Position numbers and translations under genes: made by a program. This document shows positions 39,389 through 49,671 of a stretch of 64,000 nucleotides of DNA, piece by piece. Origin of the DNA: Thermoplasmatota archaeon. GTDB taxonomy: Archaea; Thermoplasmatota; E2; UBA202; JdFR-43. The stretch is from positions 2,130 to 66,129 of the forward strand of contig JAPDJQ010000030.1 of the NCBI GenBank assembly GCA_029259015.1. The letters are read 5' to 3'. The notes below the pieces were generated by a model, which saw nothing but the letters and a program-made list of their open reading frames with translations, made no database searches and was not told the DNA's origin. Positions within the stretch are counted from its first letter, which is position 1. Every line of letters begins with the position of its first letter.

Positions 39389-40654
39389 ATGGAATTCAGA
39401 ATTGAATACGTAAAAGCTAGGCAAGTTATAGATTCAAGAGGAAACCCCACTGTTGAGGCAGAGGTAGCAACAAAAAAGGCAAAAGGAGTTGCTATTGCGC
39501 CATCAGGGGCATCAAAGGGAAAGGAAGAAGCAGTGGAATTAAGAGATGGTGGCAAAGAATTTCATGGAAAAAGTGTTAGAAAAGCTGTTGAAAATATTGA
39601 AAAGATAATTGCTCCAGCTGTAAAAGGAATGGATGTCAGAGAGCAGGAAACAATAGATAAAAAGATTATTGCAATAGATGCCACCAGAAATAAAAGCTTG
39701 CTTGGAGCGAATGCATGCATAGCAGTTTCCATAGCAGTTTGCAAGTGCGCATCCTTTGCTTTAGAAATGCAGCCATATGAATATCTGAATGAAAAAGCTT
39801 GTTTGCTTCCAATTCCATTCATGAATGTCATAAATGGCGGAGTGCATGCGGGAAATGATTTGGCTATACAGGAACACATGATTGCGCCTGTGAAAGCGAA
39901 AAGCTTCAGCCAAGCATTGCAGATGGGGTGCGAAGTTTATCATACGCTAAAGAAAAAAATTGAAGAGAAATATGGAAAAGCTGCCATAAATGTTGGAGAT
40001 GAAGGTGGTTTTGCCCCTCCTTTAAGCAGAACAGAGGATGCTTTGGAAATAATCATGAAGGCAATAGAGGAGAATGGATATGAAAAAGAAGTTATGCTAG
40101 CTTTGGATTGTGCAGCCTCCTCATTTTACAGTGGAGAAAAATATTTTTTAAATAAAGAAATGGATGCAGGCGAATTGATGGATTATTATATGGGGCTGGC
40201 AGAGATGTATCCCATAATTTCTATAGAAGATGCTTTTCATGAGGAGGACTGGGATGCTTTTGCAGAGATAACTGAAAAAATTGGGAGCAAAGTGCAGATT
40301 GTTGGAGATGATTTATTTGTTACAAATGCCAAAAGACTGAGGAAAGGAATAAAAAGGAAGGCGTGCAATGCTTTATTGCTTAAACCAAATCAAATTGGCA
40401 CTTTAACAGAGACGGTAGAAGTGGCAGAGATATGCAAAAAGAATGGATATGGCATCATGGTATCTCATCGCTCTGGAGATACATGCGATGATTTTATAGC
40501 CGATTTAGTTGTAGCTCTGCAAACAGGACAGATAAAGGCAGGAGCTCCTGCGAGAGGAGAAAGAGTGGCAAAATACAACAGACTTTTAAGGATAGAAGAA
40601 AAATTAGAAAAGTCTGAATATGCCGGAAAGAAATGGAATAAATGGGGCATTTAG
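39389..40654 (+). CDS. eno: Enolase
   Basis: VIDSRGNPTVEAEV, GASKG, metal ligands, IKLNQIGTLTET-like region (LLLKPNQIGTLTET), SHRSGDT. Confidence 0.9.
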   Translation: MEFRIEYVKARQVIDSRGNPTVEAEVATKKAKGVAIAPSGASKGKEEAVELRDGGKEFHGKSVRKAVENIEKIIAPAVKGMDVREQETIDKKIIAIDATRNKSLLGANACIAVSIAVCKCASFALEMQPYEYLNEKACLLPIPFMNVINGGVHAGNDLAIQEHMIAPVKAKSFSQALQMGCEVYHTLKKKIEEKYGKAAINVGDEGGFAPPLSRTEDALEIIMKAIEENGYEKEVMLALDCAASSFYSGEKYFLNKEMDAGELMDYYMGLAEMYPIISIEDAFHEEDWDAFAEITEKIGSKVQIVGDDLFVTNAKRLRKGIKRKACNALLLKPNQIGTLTETVEVAEICKKNGYGIMVSHRSGDTCDDFIADLVVALQTGQIKAGAPARGERVAKYNRLLRIEEKLEKSEYAGKKWNKWGI

Positions 40655-40876
40655 TCATAAATATTTTAGCTGGATGTAATCGCTACACGTCTTTATTAAC
40701 GAAATTATGAAACCAACCAGCATTCCAAAATATTTTACATCAAATGCTCTTCCAAGAATTTCACAAAAAAGTGGTATGCTAACCCATAGTATAATTAAAT
40801 TTATCCAAAAGGGTTTTAATGCTAATTTATTTTCCCAGCTCCGCCTCCATACTCTCATCGCTAATTTAAACAACAA

Positions 40877-41524
40877 TTACTGGTATAAAAAAATTGCTAA
40901 GCTAAAGAAATTGTAAAAGAAATGGGCAGAGATAGGAGCTGCTATATTTTTGCTTTTATGCATTAAAATACCAAGGACAATACCAAAGAAGAAAGGCATA
41001 ACAATCTGTATATATGTTTTGTATTCAAGATGGGCTACTGCAAATAAAATGGAGGAGATGAGTAATGATGGCATAAAGCCAAATTTATTTTCCAGTCGCA
41101 TTTGAATAAAAGCCCTGAAAAAAGTTTCTTCACTTATTGAAGATATGAGAGGTATCAATATGAGAAATGCCAAATTTATATTCTTCCCTATCTCTTCTGC
41201 TAGAGGATTTTCCTCTTTGTATCCTATTACATAGAGTATTATGCTTGATGCTAGAATAAACAACACGGTGGCAATCAGGCCATATAAAATTGATATAGCC
41301 AATTTTTCTTTCCTGAAATAAAGATTTTCCCAAACGTTTCCATATATTAAATAAACAAAAATTACAACTGGAAAGAACATCACAATGAAATTAAGGATTA
41401 GAGAAAATAAGATTAAATTCATATTCAACTCATACTCTGCTGTTACAAAAAAACTCAGAGCTGCAGAGCCATAAATTATGATGAAAGCAAGAGCAAGCAA
41501 GGCATAGGCAACAAATTTTCTCAT
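40877..41524 (-). CDS. CPBP-family intramembrane glutamic endopeptidase (CAAX protease-like)
   Basis: Motif 1 SEETFFRAFIQ, motif 2 FAVAHL, motif 3 HFFYNF. Confidence 0.7.
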   Translation of the reverse strand: MRKFVAYALLALAFIIIYGSAALSFFVTAEYELNMNLILFSLILNFIVMFFPVVIFVYLIYGNVWENLYFRKEKLAISILYGLIATVLFILASSIILYVIGYKEENPLAEEIGKNINLAFLILIPLISSISEETFFRAFIQMRLENKFGFMPSLLISSILFAVAHLEYKTYIQIVMPFFFGIVLGILMHKSKNIAAPISAHFFYNFFSLAIFLYQ

Positions 41525-41564
41525 CAGCAGAAAAGTTTTTTACCCTTTTTTATTTTACGATGCA

Positions 41565-41639
<75 letters not shown>

Positions 41640-41778
41640 CTCTTTATTTTTTCTGATAAAGAAGGAGAAAGGTTGCAACAATAACCCGTTTCATTTTGAT
41701 TTTTTTTACCAAAAATATTTTATACTCTCTTTACATTCTTGTAACACAAAAAGTAAAAAGTTGCTACGAGGTGAAAAA

Positions 41779-42126
41779 ATGGCGTGTTTTCTTGTTCCGG
41801 GAGCTGAGGCGGTTGTGACAACTGTTGTGCAAAAAGCAGTTGGGAAAGAAAAAGCTGAAAAACTGAAGCTGGGATGGCTCAATACAATGCTTTGGGGTGG
41901 TGTAATACTTCTGGCAATCGAACATATATGGCATGGTGAAGTTGTTCCATGGCCACCATTCTTAACTGCGATGAATAATCCAGCGGACATTCCTGTAATG
42001 CTTCATGAAATGGCATTGGTTGGCGGAACAATGTGCATAGCTATAACACTTGCTTGGATAGTATTGGTTGCAATTACTTCTATTTTGAAGGAAAAGACAA
42101 TTTCCAGAAAAGCAATCAAAGCTTAA
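41779..42126 (+). CDS. Small membrane protein (paralog A of tandem pair)
   Basis: Start at MACFLVPG. Shares LN..LWG...H...W....K pattern with the next ORF. Confidence 0.4.
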   Translation: MACFLVPGAEAVVTTVVQKAVGKEKAEKLKLGWLNTMLWGGVILLAIEHIWHGEVVPWPPFLTAMNNPADIPVMLHEMALVGGTMCIAITLAWIVLVAITSILKEKTISRKAIKA

Positions 42127-42137
42127 GGAGGATAAAT

Positions 42138-42434
42138 ATGTGGCTGGTGATGACAACTCTGGCAGCAGTTATTGCTACGGCTATATGGTATATAAGCGAT
42201 GAAGCCAGAGAAATCTATAATATAGGCTTTCTGAACCTTATCCTCTGGGGCACTGCTATAATGGTATTTGTGGATCATGTTATAGGATATCTCTCTGAAG
42301 GCGGTGAATTCATTGAAACAACCCCAGATGCAATACTTCTTTCAATAATTATGCTAATTGCAGCCATCCTGATATGGGAAATTGTTCTTTTAATCAAAGA
42401 CCCAAAAGGAGTGCTGAAGAGCATTAAAAAATAA
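42138..42434 (+). CDS. Small membrane protein (paralog B of tandem pair)
   Basis: AGGAGG-N7-ATG; MWLVMTTLAAV...; 3 TM. Confidence 0.4.
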   Translation: MWLVMTTLAAVIATAIWYISDEAREIYNIGFLNLILWGTAIMVFVDHVIGYLSEGGEFIETTPDAILLSIIMLIAAILIWEIVLLIKDPKGVLKSIKK

Positions 42435-42448
42435 TCGCCAGATATAAC

Positions 42449-43312
42449 TCATTCCTCTTCCTCTTCTTCTTTATCTTTTAATTCTTTCAAGATGTCAACC
42501 ATTTCTTTTTGTAGCATTACTTGTTCTTTCTGGTAAGGGGCTATGGTAGCTTCCTGCACAAGCTTTTCTATCAGCAATTTTACTTCATTAAGTGGATGGA
42601 CACCATGCAACTCATAATAGCTCCTTGTTCTTGGTGTTTGCACTTCTTTGCTGCCGCCGGCAAAGCCAAATAAGCCGACTTTTTTTGTTTTTGTTTCCGC
42701 TCCCATGGCAGCAAATGAGCCATCACTTCCTAAGCCGAAGCCAGAATAAGTGATGGGGATTATATTTCCGAATCTAAAAATTCTTCCCAATATTCCTTGA
42801 GAGTAGTCCAGATCTGCTATTTTGTCATATCTTAAACTTCTTTCTCTTTTTATGAAAATTCCTCCCCTCAACACAAGCCGGAAATTTGTTATGAAATATT
42901 TATGAGAGCGACGGTATATTTCAACAATGAACAGGCCAATTATGGCCATGCCAATAGTGTAAAGTGGTATCAGTAAATCAACATAATCCATTGCGTTTCC
43001 AAGCCAGAAAATTATCATGCCCAAAATAAAGACAGCTATATACATGAAGAAAATTCTCCATCTCACCATTAATAATGAAGCAATGATGCCAAAGATGATT
43101 AATCCAATGAGCCATATAGATGCTGCAGCTCCTATGCTGAAGGTATTGTTACTAGCCAATCCTTCCCAGTACTTGGAGCGAAAAAGCCATGCCAGAAAAA
43201 TTCCCCATATGAAAAGGAATAGCCACAGGCAATGTAGATGCATAAATGACAATGGATGGGGCTGCAACTCTTTTTCAATTCTTTCATTGTCCAACAGTTG
43301 AAATTTTCTCAT
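42449..43312 (-). CDS. Membrane protein with bacterial-PH (bPH_2/YdbT-like) domain and acidic C-terminus
   Basis: YFITNFRLVLRGGIFIKRERSLRYDKIADLDYSQGILGRIFRFGNI matches bPH_2; TM segments; poly-Glu tail. Confidence 0.55.
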   Translation of the reverse strand: MRKFQLLDNERIEKELQPHPLSFMHLHCLWLFLFIWGIFLAWLFRSKYWEGLASNNTFSIGAAASIWLIGLIIFGIIASLLMVRWRIFFMYIAVFILGMIIFWLGNAMDYVDLLIPLYTIGMAIIGLFIVEIYRRSHKYFITNFRLVLRGGIFIKRERSLRYDKIADLDYSQGILGRIFRFGNIIPITYSGFGLGSDGSFAAMGAETKTKKVGLFGFAGGSKEVQTPRTRSYYELHGVHPLNEVKLLIEKLVQEATIAPYQKEQVMLQKEMVDILKELKDKEEEEEE

Positions 43313-43492
43313 TTAATAAATAAAAAAATATACTTTTTATAATTTCTGAAAAATTTGAAGTTGTCGAATGAATGGAATGTATTTGTGATGCCATTTTGCT
43401 ATTCCGATTCTATGTTGTTACCACTGGAAATGAGTCATTTTGATTTTTTGGACCAAGACCAATAAAAATAAAAATATAGCAGATATAATTCC

Positions 43493-43897
43493 ATGCTCAT
43501 TACAGATTCGAAACAGATAATGGAGATTGCCAGAAAAGCAAAAAATGTTGCTGTTGTTGGTATATCGAAGAATAAGGAAAGGGCAAGCTATCAGATTGCA
43601 GAGCAAATAAGGGATAAATATAATCTTTTCCTTGTAAATCCAAAGTATGCGGGAGAAGAGATTTTAGGCAAAAAAGTTTATTCTTCATTAAAAGAAATTG
43701 AAGAAAAGATAGATATTGTAGATGTTTTTAGAAACCCAAATTTTATTGAGGAAATAATAAAAGATGCAATAGATATAAAAGCAGGCGTTGTATGGCTCCA
43801 GCCTGGCTCGGAAAATATGGAAGTTATTGAAAAATATAAGGATAAAATAAACATAATCTACAATAGTTGCTTGGGTGTTATAAGTAAAATGATATAA
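43493..43897 (+). CDS. CoA-binding domain protein (YccU-like)
   Basis: Rossmann-like VAVVGISKN...; 134 aa. Confidence 0.6.
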   Translation: MLITDSKQIMEIARKAKNVAVVGISKNKERASYQIAEQIRDKYNLFLVNPKYAGEEILGKKVYSSLKEIEEKIDIVDVFRNPNFIEEIIKDAIDIKAGVVWLQPGSENMEVIEKYKDKINIIYNSCLGVISKMI

Positions 43898-43991
43898 TCG
43901 ATTTGGGAAATATTAATGCAATGCTTATTTTCAATGCTATCTCGAGACATGACAGTAAAGTTTAAATGATGATGTCTTTATAATCTTCAAT

Positions 43992-44107
43992 AGCGGGGTG
44001 GGGTAGTCAGGAAAACCCGTCGGGCTCATAGAGCCCTTTGGAAAAGGACTTCACCCCAAAGGGCTAGGGAAACCCGAAGATCCGTGGTTCAAATCCACGC
44101 CCCGCTA
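43992..44107 (+). tRNA. tRNA-Met (anticodon CAU), initiator-like (A1-U72, three G-C pairs in anticodon stem), with 41-nt canonical-position (37/38) intron
   Basis: Acceptor AGCGGGG/CCCCGCT+A; D arm GGGT/ACCC; anticodon stem TCGGG/CCCGA; loop CTCATA|intron|A. The intron contains a 10-bp helix (AGCCCTTTGG/CCAAAGGGCT). T arm CGTGG-TTCAAAT-CCACG. Confidence 0.7.
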
Positions 44108-44117
44108 CTATTTTCTA

Positions 44118-45209
44118 TTAAATTACAAAAACGTCCACAACATCTTTTGAGACATTTCCATATTCATTATATGCAAAAACTTCTATGGTATGGAGGCCAG
44201 GAGAAGATTCTAGATGCCATTGATAAGGCGATTCTTCATCATTATATTTTAACTCTCCATCCAGATAGAGTTCCACCCTAGTTGTATTCTCTGCTTTTAC
44301 TTTTACGATCAATGGTCCTATTATGCGCGGAGCTCCTTCCTGGATGAAAGGTATACGACGAAGCAAAGTGGGAAATTCCCTTCCAAAAATATATGTGTGA
44401 TATATTTCAGGTTGCTCTATCTCAATCTTAGGAACATCTGGCTCAAGATTCCCATAAACTCCCTCTATGTACATTACGCCTGTATCCTCTCCATACCACT
44501 CTGCAATTTTTAAGGCATCGTAATCAATACGGAGCCATCCATTCTCGCCCCATTCAGTTCCCCAGCTATTTTTTATAATCCAGCAATGTTGTTCGTCATC
44601 ATAGCCAACAATTGCCATTACATGCCCGCCAGCCAGCCTGCCCCATCTATGGCGGTATATGCCGCCTCGGTAATAATAAAAATCGCGCCAGAAATACATG
44701 CACACAATAAGTGGACCGTGTTCTATTAGTGTTCTTTTCATTGCCTCTGGGGTATGTTCAACCCATCCCCATTCTGTTATTTTTACAGTCCTGTTTTCCC
44801 ATCCAGGGAGGCTTTCAAAGGAAAAATCATAGGGGCGATGTGGGTCTGGAAAACATCCTTCATCTGGTACTCCATGTTCGATTAGATAATTTGCCGCATC
44901 TATTATATTTACATATCCAGCTTTAATGCTTCCTCCTGGGTAGAAAAAGAGATGAGCTTCCGACAAATCTGGATTGTATATTTTGCCGAGCTTATATTGC
45001 ATCTTTGTTTCCAGAGCAGCTACCAAAGCATAAGCCTCGCATGTTGGAGCAGGGGCTTGATTTTTTATCGGCGTTGTATAGTCGACGCCATTAACATCCC
45101 GCCATGAAAAATACGGTGGTAAATAAGAATGGCTATTTTCTGCTTCAATAAATGCTGGATAAATGGCAAGCAAAAGGAAAGCAATGCATATGGCAACAAC
45201 ACCTTTCAT
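44118..45209 (-). CDS. Secreted papain-like (C1) cysteine peptidase with C-terminal beta-sandwich domain
   Basis: Signal peptide; Cys in NQAPAPTCEAYAL, His in GGHVMAIVGYDD, Asn in IIKNSWGTEWGENGW. Confidence 0.7.
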   Translation of the reverse strand: MKGVVAICIAFLLLAIYPAFIEAENSHSYLPPYFSWRDVNGVDYTTPIKNQAPAPTCEAYALVAALETKMQYKLGKIYNPDLSEAHLFFYPGGSIKAGYVNIIDAANYLIEHGVPDEGCFPDPHRPYDFSFESLPGWENRTVKITEWGWVEHTPEAMKRTLIEHGPLIVCMYFWRDFYYYRGGIYRHRWGRLAGGHVMAIVGYDDEQHCWIIKNSWGTEWGENGWLRIDYDALKIAEWYGEDTGVMYIEGVYGNLEPDVPKIEIEQPEIYHTYIFGREFPTLLRRIPFIQEGAPRIIGPLIVKVKAENTTRVELYLDGELKYNDEESPYQWHLESSPGLHTIEVFAYNEYGNVSKDVVDVFVI

Positions 45210-45249
45210 TGCAAAGATATTAAAAGTTTGTTAAATACTTTGTTGATAC

Positions 45250-47943
45250 TCATATAAACCATGCACCGACTGTATCCCTTGCCTCTCTTCCTTTTGTATC
45301 ATGTGCCACCACTTCTATCACATGCCATCCTGTTATCATTTCTATTTTTGTTTCAAACTCATTGGCATAAACAATCTCTTTTAACTCGCCATCTATGTAG
45401 AATTCAAGTTTTGAAATAGCATTTATTCCATATGAGATAGCATGGATGCTTATATCACCAAAAACCATTGTGATACCAAATGGAAGAGGGAAAATCTTTC
45501 TGTCCATGATGTAAATACCTCCCCTCGGCTTATCTATATAGGCCGTTAAATTGACCATGTGCATCAGAGGATACCTATCAAAATTAAACCATCCCCTTAT
45601 CTTATAAGGTAAATCTCCTATTCCATCTCTGTTTATATCAAAGCCCCTATAATCACTCCAGTAATTTCCCTCCCTCCCATCATCCCATCTATTCCTGTAA
45701 AAATCATATGCTTTGTGCCAGTTTTCAATGAAAAGATTGTGGTGAATTTTGTTTTTTTCACCCCATGAAATTATGCTGTAATTATTATTTCGGAATATGT
45801 TCCACATAATTTCGTTGGATGTACACCATATAAGATCCATTGCGTATTCATTTTCTTCAAATACGTTACCTTTAAAGAGATTTGTATCTCCCCAGAGACT
45901 CTGTACCCCTTCGACATTTCCATATAATGTGTTATTTATTATCCAGTTCCAGTATCCATTTATAAGCAAACCCAATCCACTATTTCTTATAGTATTATTC
46001 AAAATTTTATTCCATCTTCCTTCGAAACCAATCGCAATGGCATTTTCACTTCTCTCTATATAGTTATTTGTAATGAGGCTTTTACTTGCATATGCTACCA
46101 CGATAGAATAGAGAGTACTATCGAAAGTATTGTTTATGACAGAGCAGTTGTTTCCATCCAGGAATGAGAAACCCCACTCATTTTTTAAGAAATGATTATT
46201 CAGCACTGAAAGGTTATGCGAATGAAATGTGTTTATACCATTTTCATTACAATAGATTAGGTTTTCATAGAATGTGCACGATGATGATTTACTAACTAAA
46301 ATTGCATGCAAATTGCCCGCTATTCTGTTATTTAAAATGCCACACCCCGAGCATCTATACATTATTATTCCAGCGCTACAGTTATTCAGAGTGGCATTTT
46401 TTATGCTAACATTTTTACACCCAATGAGAATTACTTGTCCAGCATCTTCTGAAGAAATAGATATATTTTCTTGCTCCACCAAGAAATAAAGCTTTCGACC
46501 ATTTACTGTATTGTTTGATATATCGTTGTATGCTGAAAAAGTGAATAAACCGCAGTTTAACATTTTATTATCAATTACTCTATTGTTTACCCCATATAGG
46601 GATATCCCTATCTCATTGTTAGATAAATAATTTCTTACTATGTCATTACCGTCGCCTTCAATATCTATTGCATATACATTGTTACTGCAATTATTCTCTT
46701 GGATTAAATTACCATATGATGCCTGCAAAAGAACTCCATAAAAATTGCCATAGCATATATTATTATATATTCTGCAATTCCAGCATTCTAAAAGAGAGAT
46801 ACCCACAGAACATTTCTCCAGCAGTAGATTGTGAACAGTAACATTTTTGCAGTTAACGAGTATTATCTGGCCTACATCGTATGGCACATCTATATCTTTC
46901 TCATTTACAAGATAACAAAGAGGCTTCCTATTAACTGTGTTGTTCATGATTATATGAGAATCGCAAAAATTCCCCGTGATAATTACCCCACATCCTTCCA
47001 GCACGTTATCTATTAGGTAGCAACTGTACGAATCAGAGACTTCGATGCCAACATATTCATTCTGATTGAAAAAGGATTTTTTTATGGTTGTATAGTTTGA
47101 AAGAGTAACACATACTCCACTTTTACACTTTTCGAATATATTCTCATCAACTGTAATGTTTTCACATCTTTCTATAAATATTGAGATTGAAGAAAAAAAG
47201 AAGAAATTGTGTGAAATAACAGAGTTGTTTGATTGCTCGATGAAAATTGCTATATCTGTATCATCAAATTTACATCCATGTATTTCAAAAGATGTTGCTG
47301 TTTTAAACCATATACCTTCTTCAATATCAGAAAATATGCAGTTTGATATGATGCATTCTTTTGTGCCAGCAGCGTATACACCAAGCCCGTATCTATTTTT
47401 CAGAGTGAAGTCCTGTATTTGCACTCCATCGGCCTCAATTCTGACAAGGAAATAGGTAGCTGATGCTGTGCCATCTATTATACATGTCGATACATTTTCC
47501 CCAATAAGTTTTATCGATTTATCTATGGTGATATTCTCATAATAAGTTCCGCTGTAGACGAATATTGTATATCCATCTTCTGCATCATCTATGGCATCTT
47601 GGATACGTGTATAATTGTCTGGCCCATTCCCCCCTACATAAAGGGTTTTCTGCTGTATGGTGATGCAAATCCTTTTTTTATTCTTGATAGAAATTTCACT
47701 TATCTTTTCCACAGATAACCTGTAATCCTGTGCTATGTAATTTTTTGGCAAAGCAGAAATTCTCCCGTTTTTTATAAACCCTCTTAAGTCTTCCTTACCA
47801 AAAAATGAAGCCAATTTAGAAAAATTTTCGTTTGTTTCATCCAATCTCTTTATTCCATAAATATTTTTATGTAGAATGAATGCTGGATAACTGGGTAACA
47901 GAATAAACATCACAAAAATTGCCAAAAATTTTCTGGCATTCAT
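45250..47943 (-). CDS. Secreted right-handed parallel beta-helix repeat protein (pectin-lyase/NosD-like fold)
   Basis: 897 aa; signal peptide; dozens of ~22-aa PbH1-type repeats (...N.I..N....GI.L). Confidence 0.65.
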   Translation of the reverse strand: MNARKFLAIFVMFILLPSYPAFILHKNIYGIKRLDETNENFSKLASFFGKEDLRGFIKNGRISALPKNYIAQDYRLSVEKISEISIKNKKRICITIQQKTLYVGGNGPDNYTRIQDAIDDAEDGYTIFVYSGTYYENITIDKSIKLIGENVSTCIIDGTASATYFLVRIEADGVQIQDFTLKNRYGLGVYAAGTKECIISNCIFSDIEEGIWFKTATSFEIHGCKFDDTDIAIFIEQSNNSVISHNFFFFSSISIFIERCENITVDENIFEKCKSGVCVTLSNYTTIKKSFFNQNEYVGIEVSDSYSCYLIDNVLEGCGVIITGNFCDSHIIMNNTVNRKPLCYLVNEKDIDVPYDVGQIILVNCKNVTVHNLLLEKCSVGISLLECWNCRIYNNICYGNFYGVLLQASYGNLIQENNCSNNVYAIDIEGDGNDIVRNYLSNNEIGISLYGVNNRVIDNKMLNCGLFTFSAYNDISNNTVNGRKLYFLVEQENISISSEDAGQVILIGCKNVSIKNATLNNCSAGIIMYRCSGCGILNNRIAGNLHAILVSKSSSCTFYENLIYCNENGINTFHSHNLSVLNNHFLKNEWGFSFLDGNNCSVINNTFDSTLYSIVVAYASKSLITNNYIERSENAIAIGFEGRWNKILNNTIRNSGLGLLINGYWNWIINNTLYGNVEGVQSLWGDTNLFKGNVFEENEYAMDLIWCTSNEIMWNIFRNNNYSIISWGEKNKIHHNLFIENWHKAYDFYRNRWDDGREGNYWSDYRGFDINRDGIGDLPYKIRGWFNFDRYPLMHMVNLTAYIDKPRGGIYIMDRKIFPLPFGITMVFGDISIHAISYGINAISKLEFYIDGELKEIVYANEFETKIEMITGWHVIEVVAHDTKGREARDTVGAWFI

Positions 47944-48032
47944 ATTTAAAATTCAAGTAAGCGTTTTTAAAACTTATGATGCTCTTTATTTCTGCTGTGA
48001 CAAAACTTTTAAAACTGTCTGCTTTTTGTTGC

Positions 48033-49571
48033 ATGGAAAAGACATTGCTTGTACTACTGGCAACTTCTTTTATTGCTGTTCCAACAGGTAGCATACTGGC
48101 GCATGAAAAAAATTTTATGGAAAAAAATATTGGGAAAGTGGCACAGGATTTCGATCCTTTAGTTGATATTGCTGTTACAGTAGAAATAAAGGCTATACAC
48201 TCTTTGGAAATGCCATATCTGGGAAGAACATATGATGAGATAGATAAGCATAGCGACCCAGATTTCTATGTTAAAGTTTTTATAAATGGGGAAGAATTCA
48301 AAAGTCCTGTATGGAGAAATCAAAAATATGTTTATGAACCAAATTGGAGCGCAACTCTTGATGTTCCGGATGATGTTGAATTTGTTAATATAACCATACA
48401 GCTATGGGATGATGAGCCTGTTATAGATAAATTATGCGACATAGATAACAATATAGACGATTATCCCAAAAGCTATGATTTAGATTTGGTATATAGCATA
48501 AAAACTGGGCATTGGTTTGGGGACGATTATATACACAATGAGGATTTTTGGGGTTATCCGGATTTGAGCGGATATGGAAGAGCAAACGGATGTGATGACA
48601 ACAGCATATACCAGGATGATAGAGATTGCGAAATTTGGTTCGATATATACCAGAATGATTATGATGGCGATGGCATTCCATACTGGACAGAGGTAAATGT
48701 ATATGGCACGGATCCAATGAGAGATAATAGAGGAGAAGACTTTGATGGCGACGGCGTTCCAATAGAATGGGAATGGAAATGGGGACATTACTTCTTTAAA
48801 CACTGGTGGAATGATGAAGTTGAGGACATATGGTTTTATGATCCTTTTACATGGGAGGACCATGCCAACATGGACCCAGATGGTGATAGTTTGGATAATG
48901 TGGAAGAATTTCTCACATCACAGTGGGGCTCAGACCCATTCAGAAAAGACATATTTATAGAAGTCGATCAGATGGCTGAAGGGCCAAATGGCGAGCCAGC
49001 AAGTATGCTGCCAGAAGGAGCAAAGGAATTGCTACGAACTGTATACGATAAACACAACATAGTTTATCATCTTGATGACGGATGCATGGGAGGCGGGGAA
49101 ATAATACCTTTTGTGACTGAAATAAGCGGAAGAAAGCTGAGAGAGGATTATTACAATAAGTACTTCCTTCATTATGGCGAAAATGCGTGGCGACAGGGTA
49201 TATTCCATTACGCTCTAATTGTGTATGACGCTGGCTTCAATGGATATGCAATAAGGAGAGATGAATTTCAAATATCTTCAAAATATGTGGAGGAGAAATG
49301 CAGGCAGCTATTTTTTGTTGACAGAAGCATAGTATATGCAAGTGTTTTTATGCATGAGACAGGACATAGCTTGGATATCAGCAATCCAGGAGTGGATAAT
49401 CCAGATACAATGTATCCATGGAAATTTGATTACTGGAAATACCGCCCCTACAAAAGCTGTATGAACTATGGCTATACATATATTTTAGTTGATTATTCAG
49501 ATGGAAGCCATGGCAAAAATGATTTCGATGACTGGCATGATTTAGATTTAACTTTCTTTGAATATGAATAA
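48033..49571 (+). CDS. Secreted metzincin-like protein with thrombospondin-type-3-like DxDxDG Ca-binding repeats; degenerate zinc motif HETGHSLDISN
   Basis: Signal peptide MEKTLLVLLATSF; DYDGDGIPYWTE and DFDGDGVPIEWE; HETGH plus CMNY Met-turn-like. Paralog of the next gene. Confidence 0.55.
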   Translation: MEKTLLVLLATSFIAVPTGSILAHEKNFMEKNIGKVAQDFDPLVDIAVTVEIKAIHSLEMPYLGRTYDEIDKHSDPDFYVKVFINGEEFKSPVWRNQKYVYEPNWSATLDVPDDVEFVNITIQLWDDEPVIDKLCDIDNNIDDYPKSYDLDLVYSIKTGHWFGDDYIHNEDFWGYPDLSGYGRANGCDDNSIYQDDRDCEIWFDIYQNDYDGDGIPYWTEVNVYGTDPMRDNRGEDFDGDGVPIEWEWKWGHYFFKHWWNDEVEDIWFYDPFTWEDHANMDPDGDSLDNVEEFLTSQWGSDPFRKDIFIEVDQMAEGPNGEPASMLPEGAKELLRTVYDKHNIVYHLDDGCMGGGEIIPFVTEISGRKLREDYYNKYFLHYGENAWRQGIFHYALIVYDAGFNGYAIRRDEFQISSKYVEEKCRQLFFVDRSIVYASVFMHETGHSLDISNPGVDNPDTMYPWKFDYWKYRPYKSCMNYGYTYILVDYSDGSHGKNDFDDWHDLDLTFFEYE

Positions 49572-49671
49572 GAATTACAGTGACCAGCATTAAAACAGTC
49601 AGCAATAGGGAAAAAGTTATCATTAATTAACTTATGTGAAATAAATAAAAACTAGTTCTTTATATCATATT

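Noticed and set aside
40655-40876. 73-aa ORF beginning immediately after the CPBP protease stop codon, in frame
   Set aside because: The start is a TTG directly following the TAA stop. The CPBP protein already has all three conserved motifs and normal length. This is most likely a non-coding 3' region, though stop-codon readthrough cannot be fully excluded.
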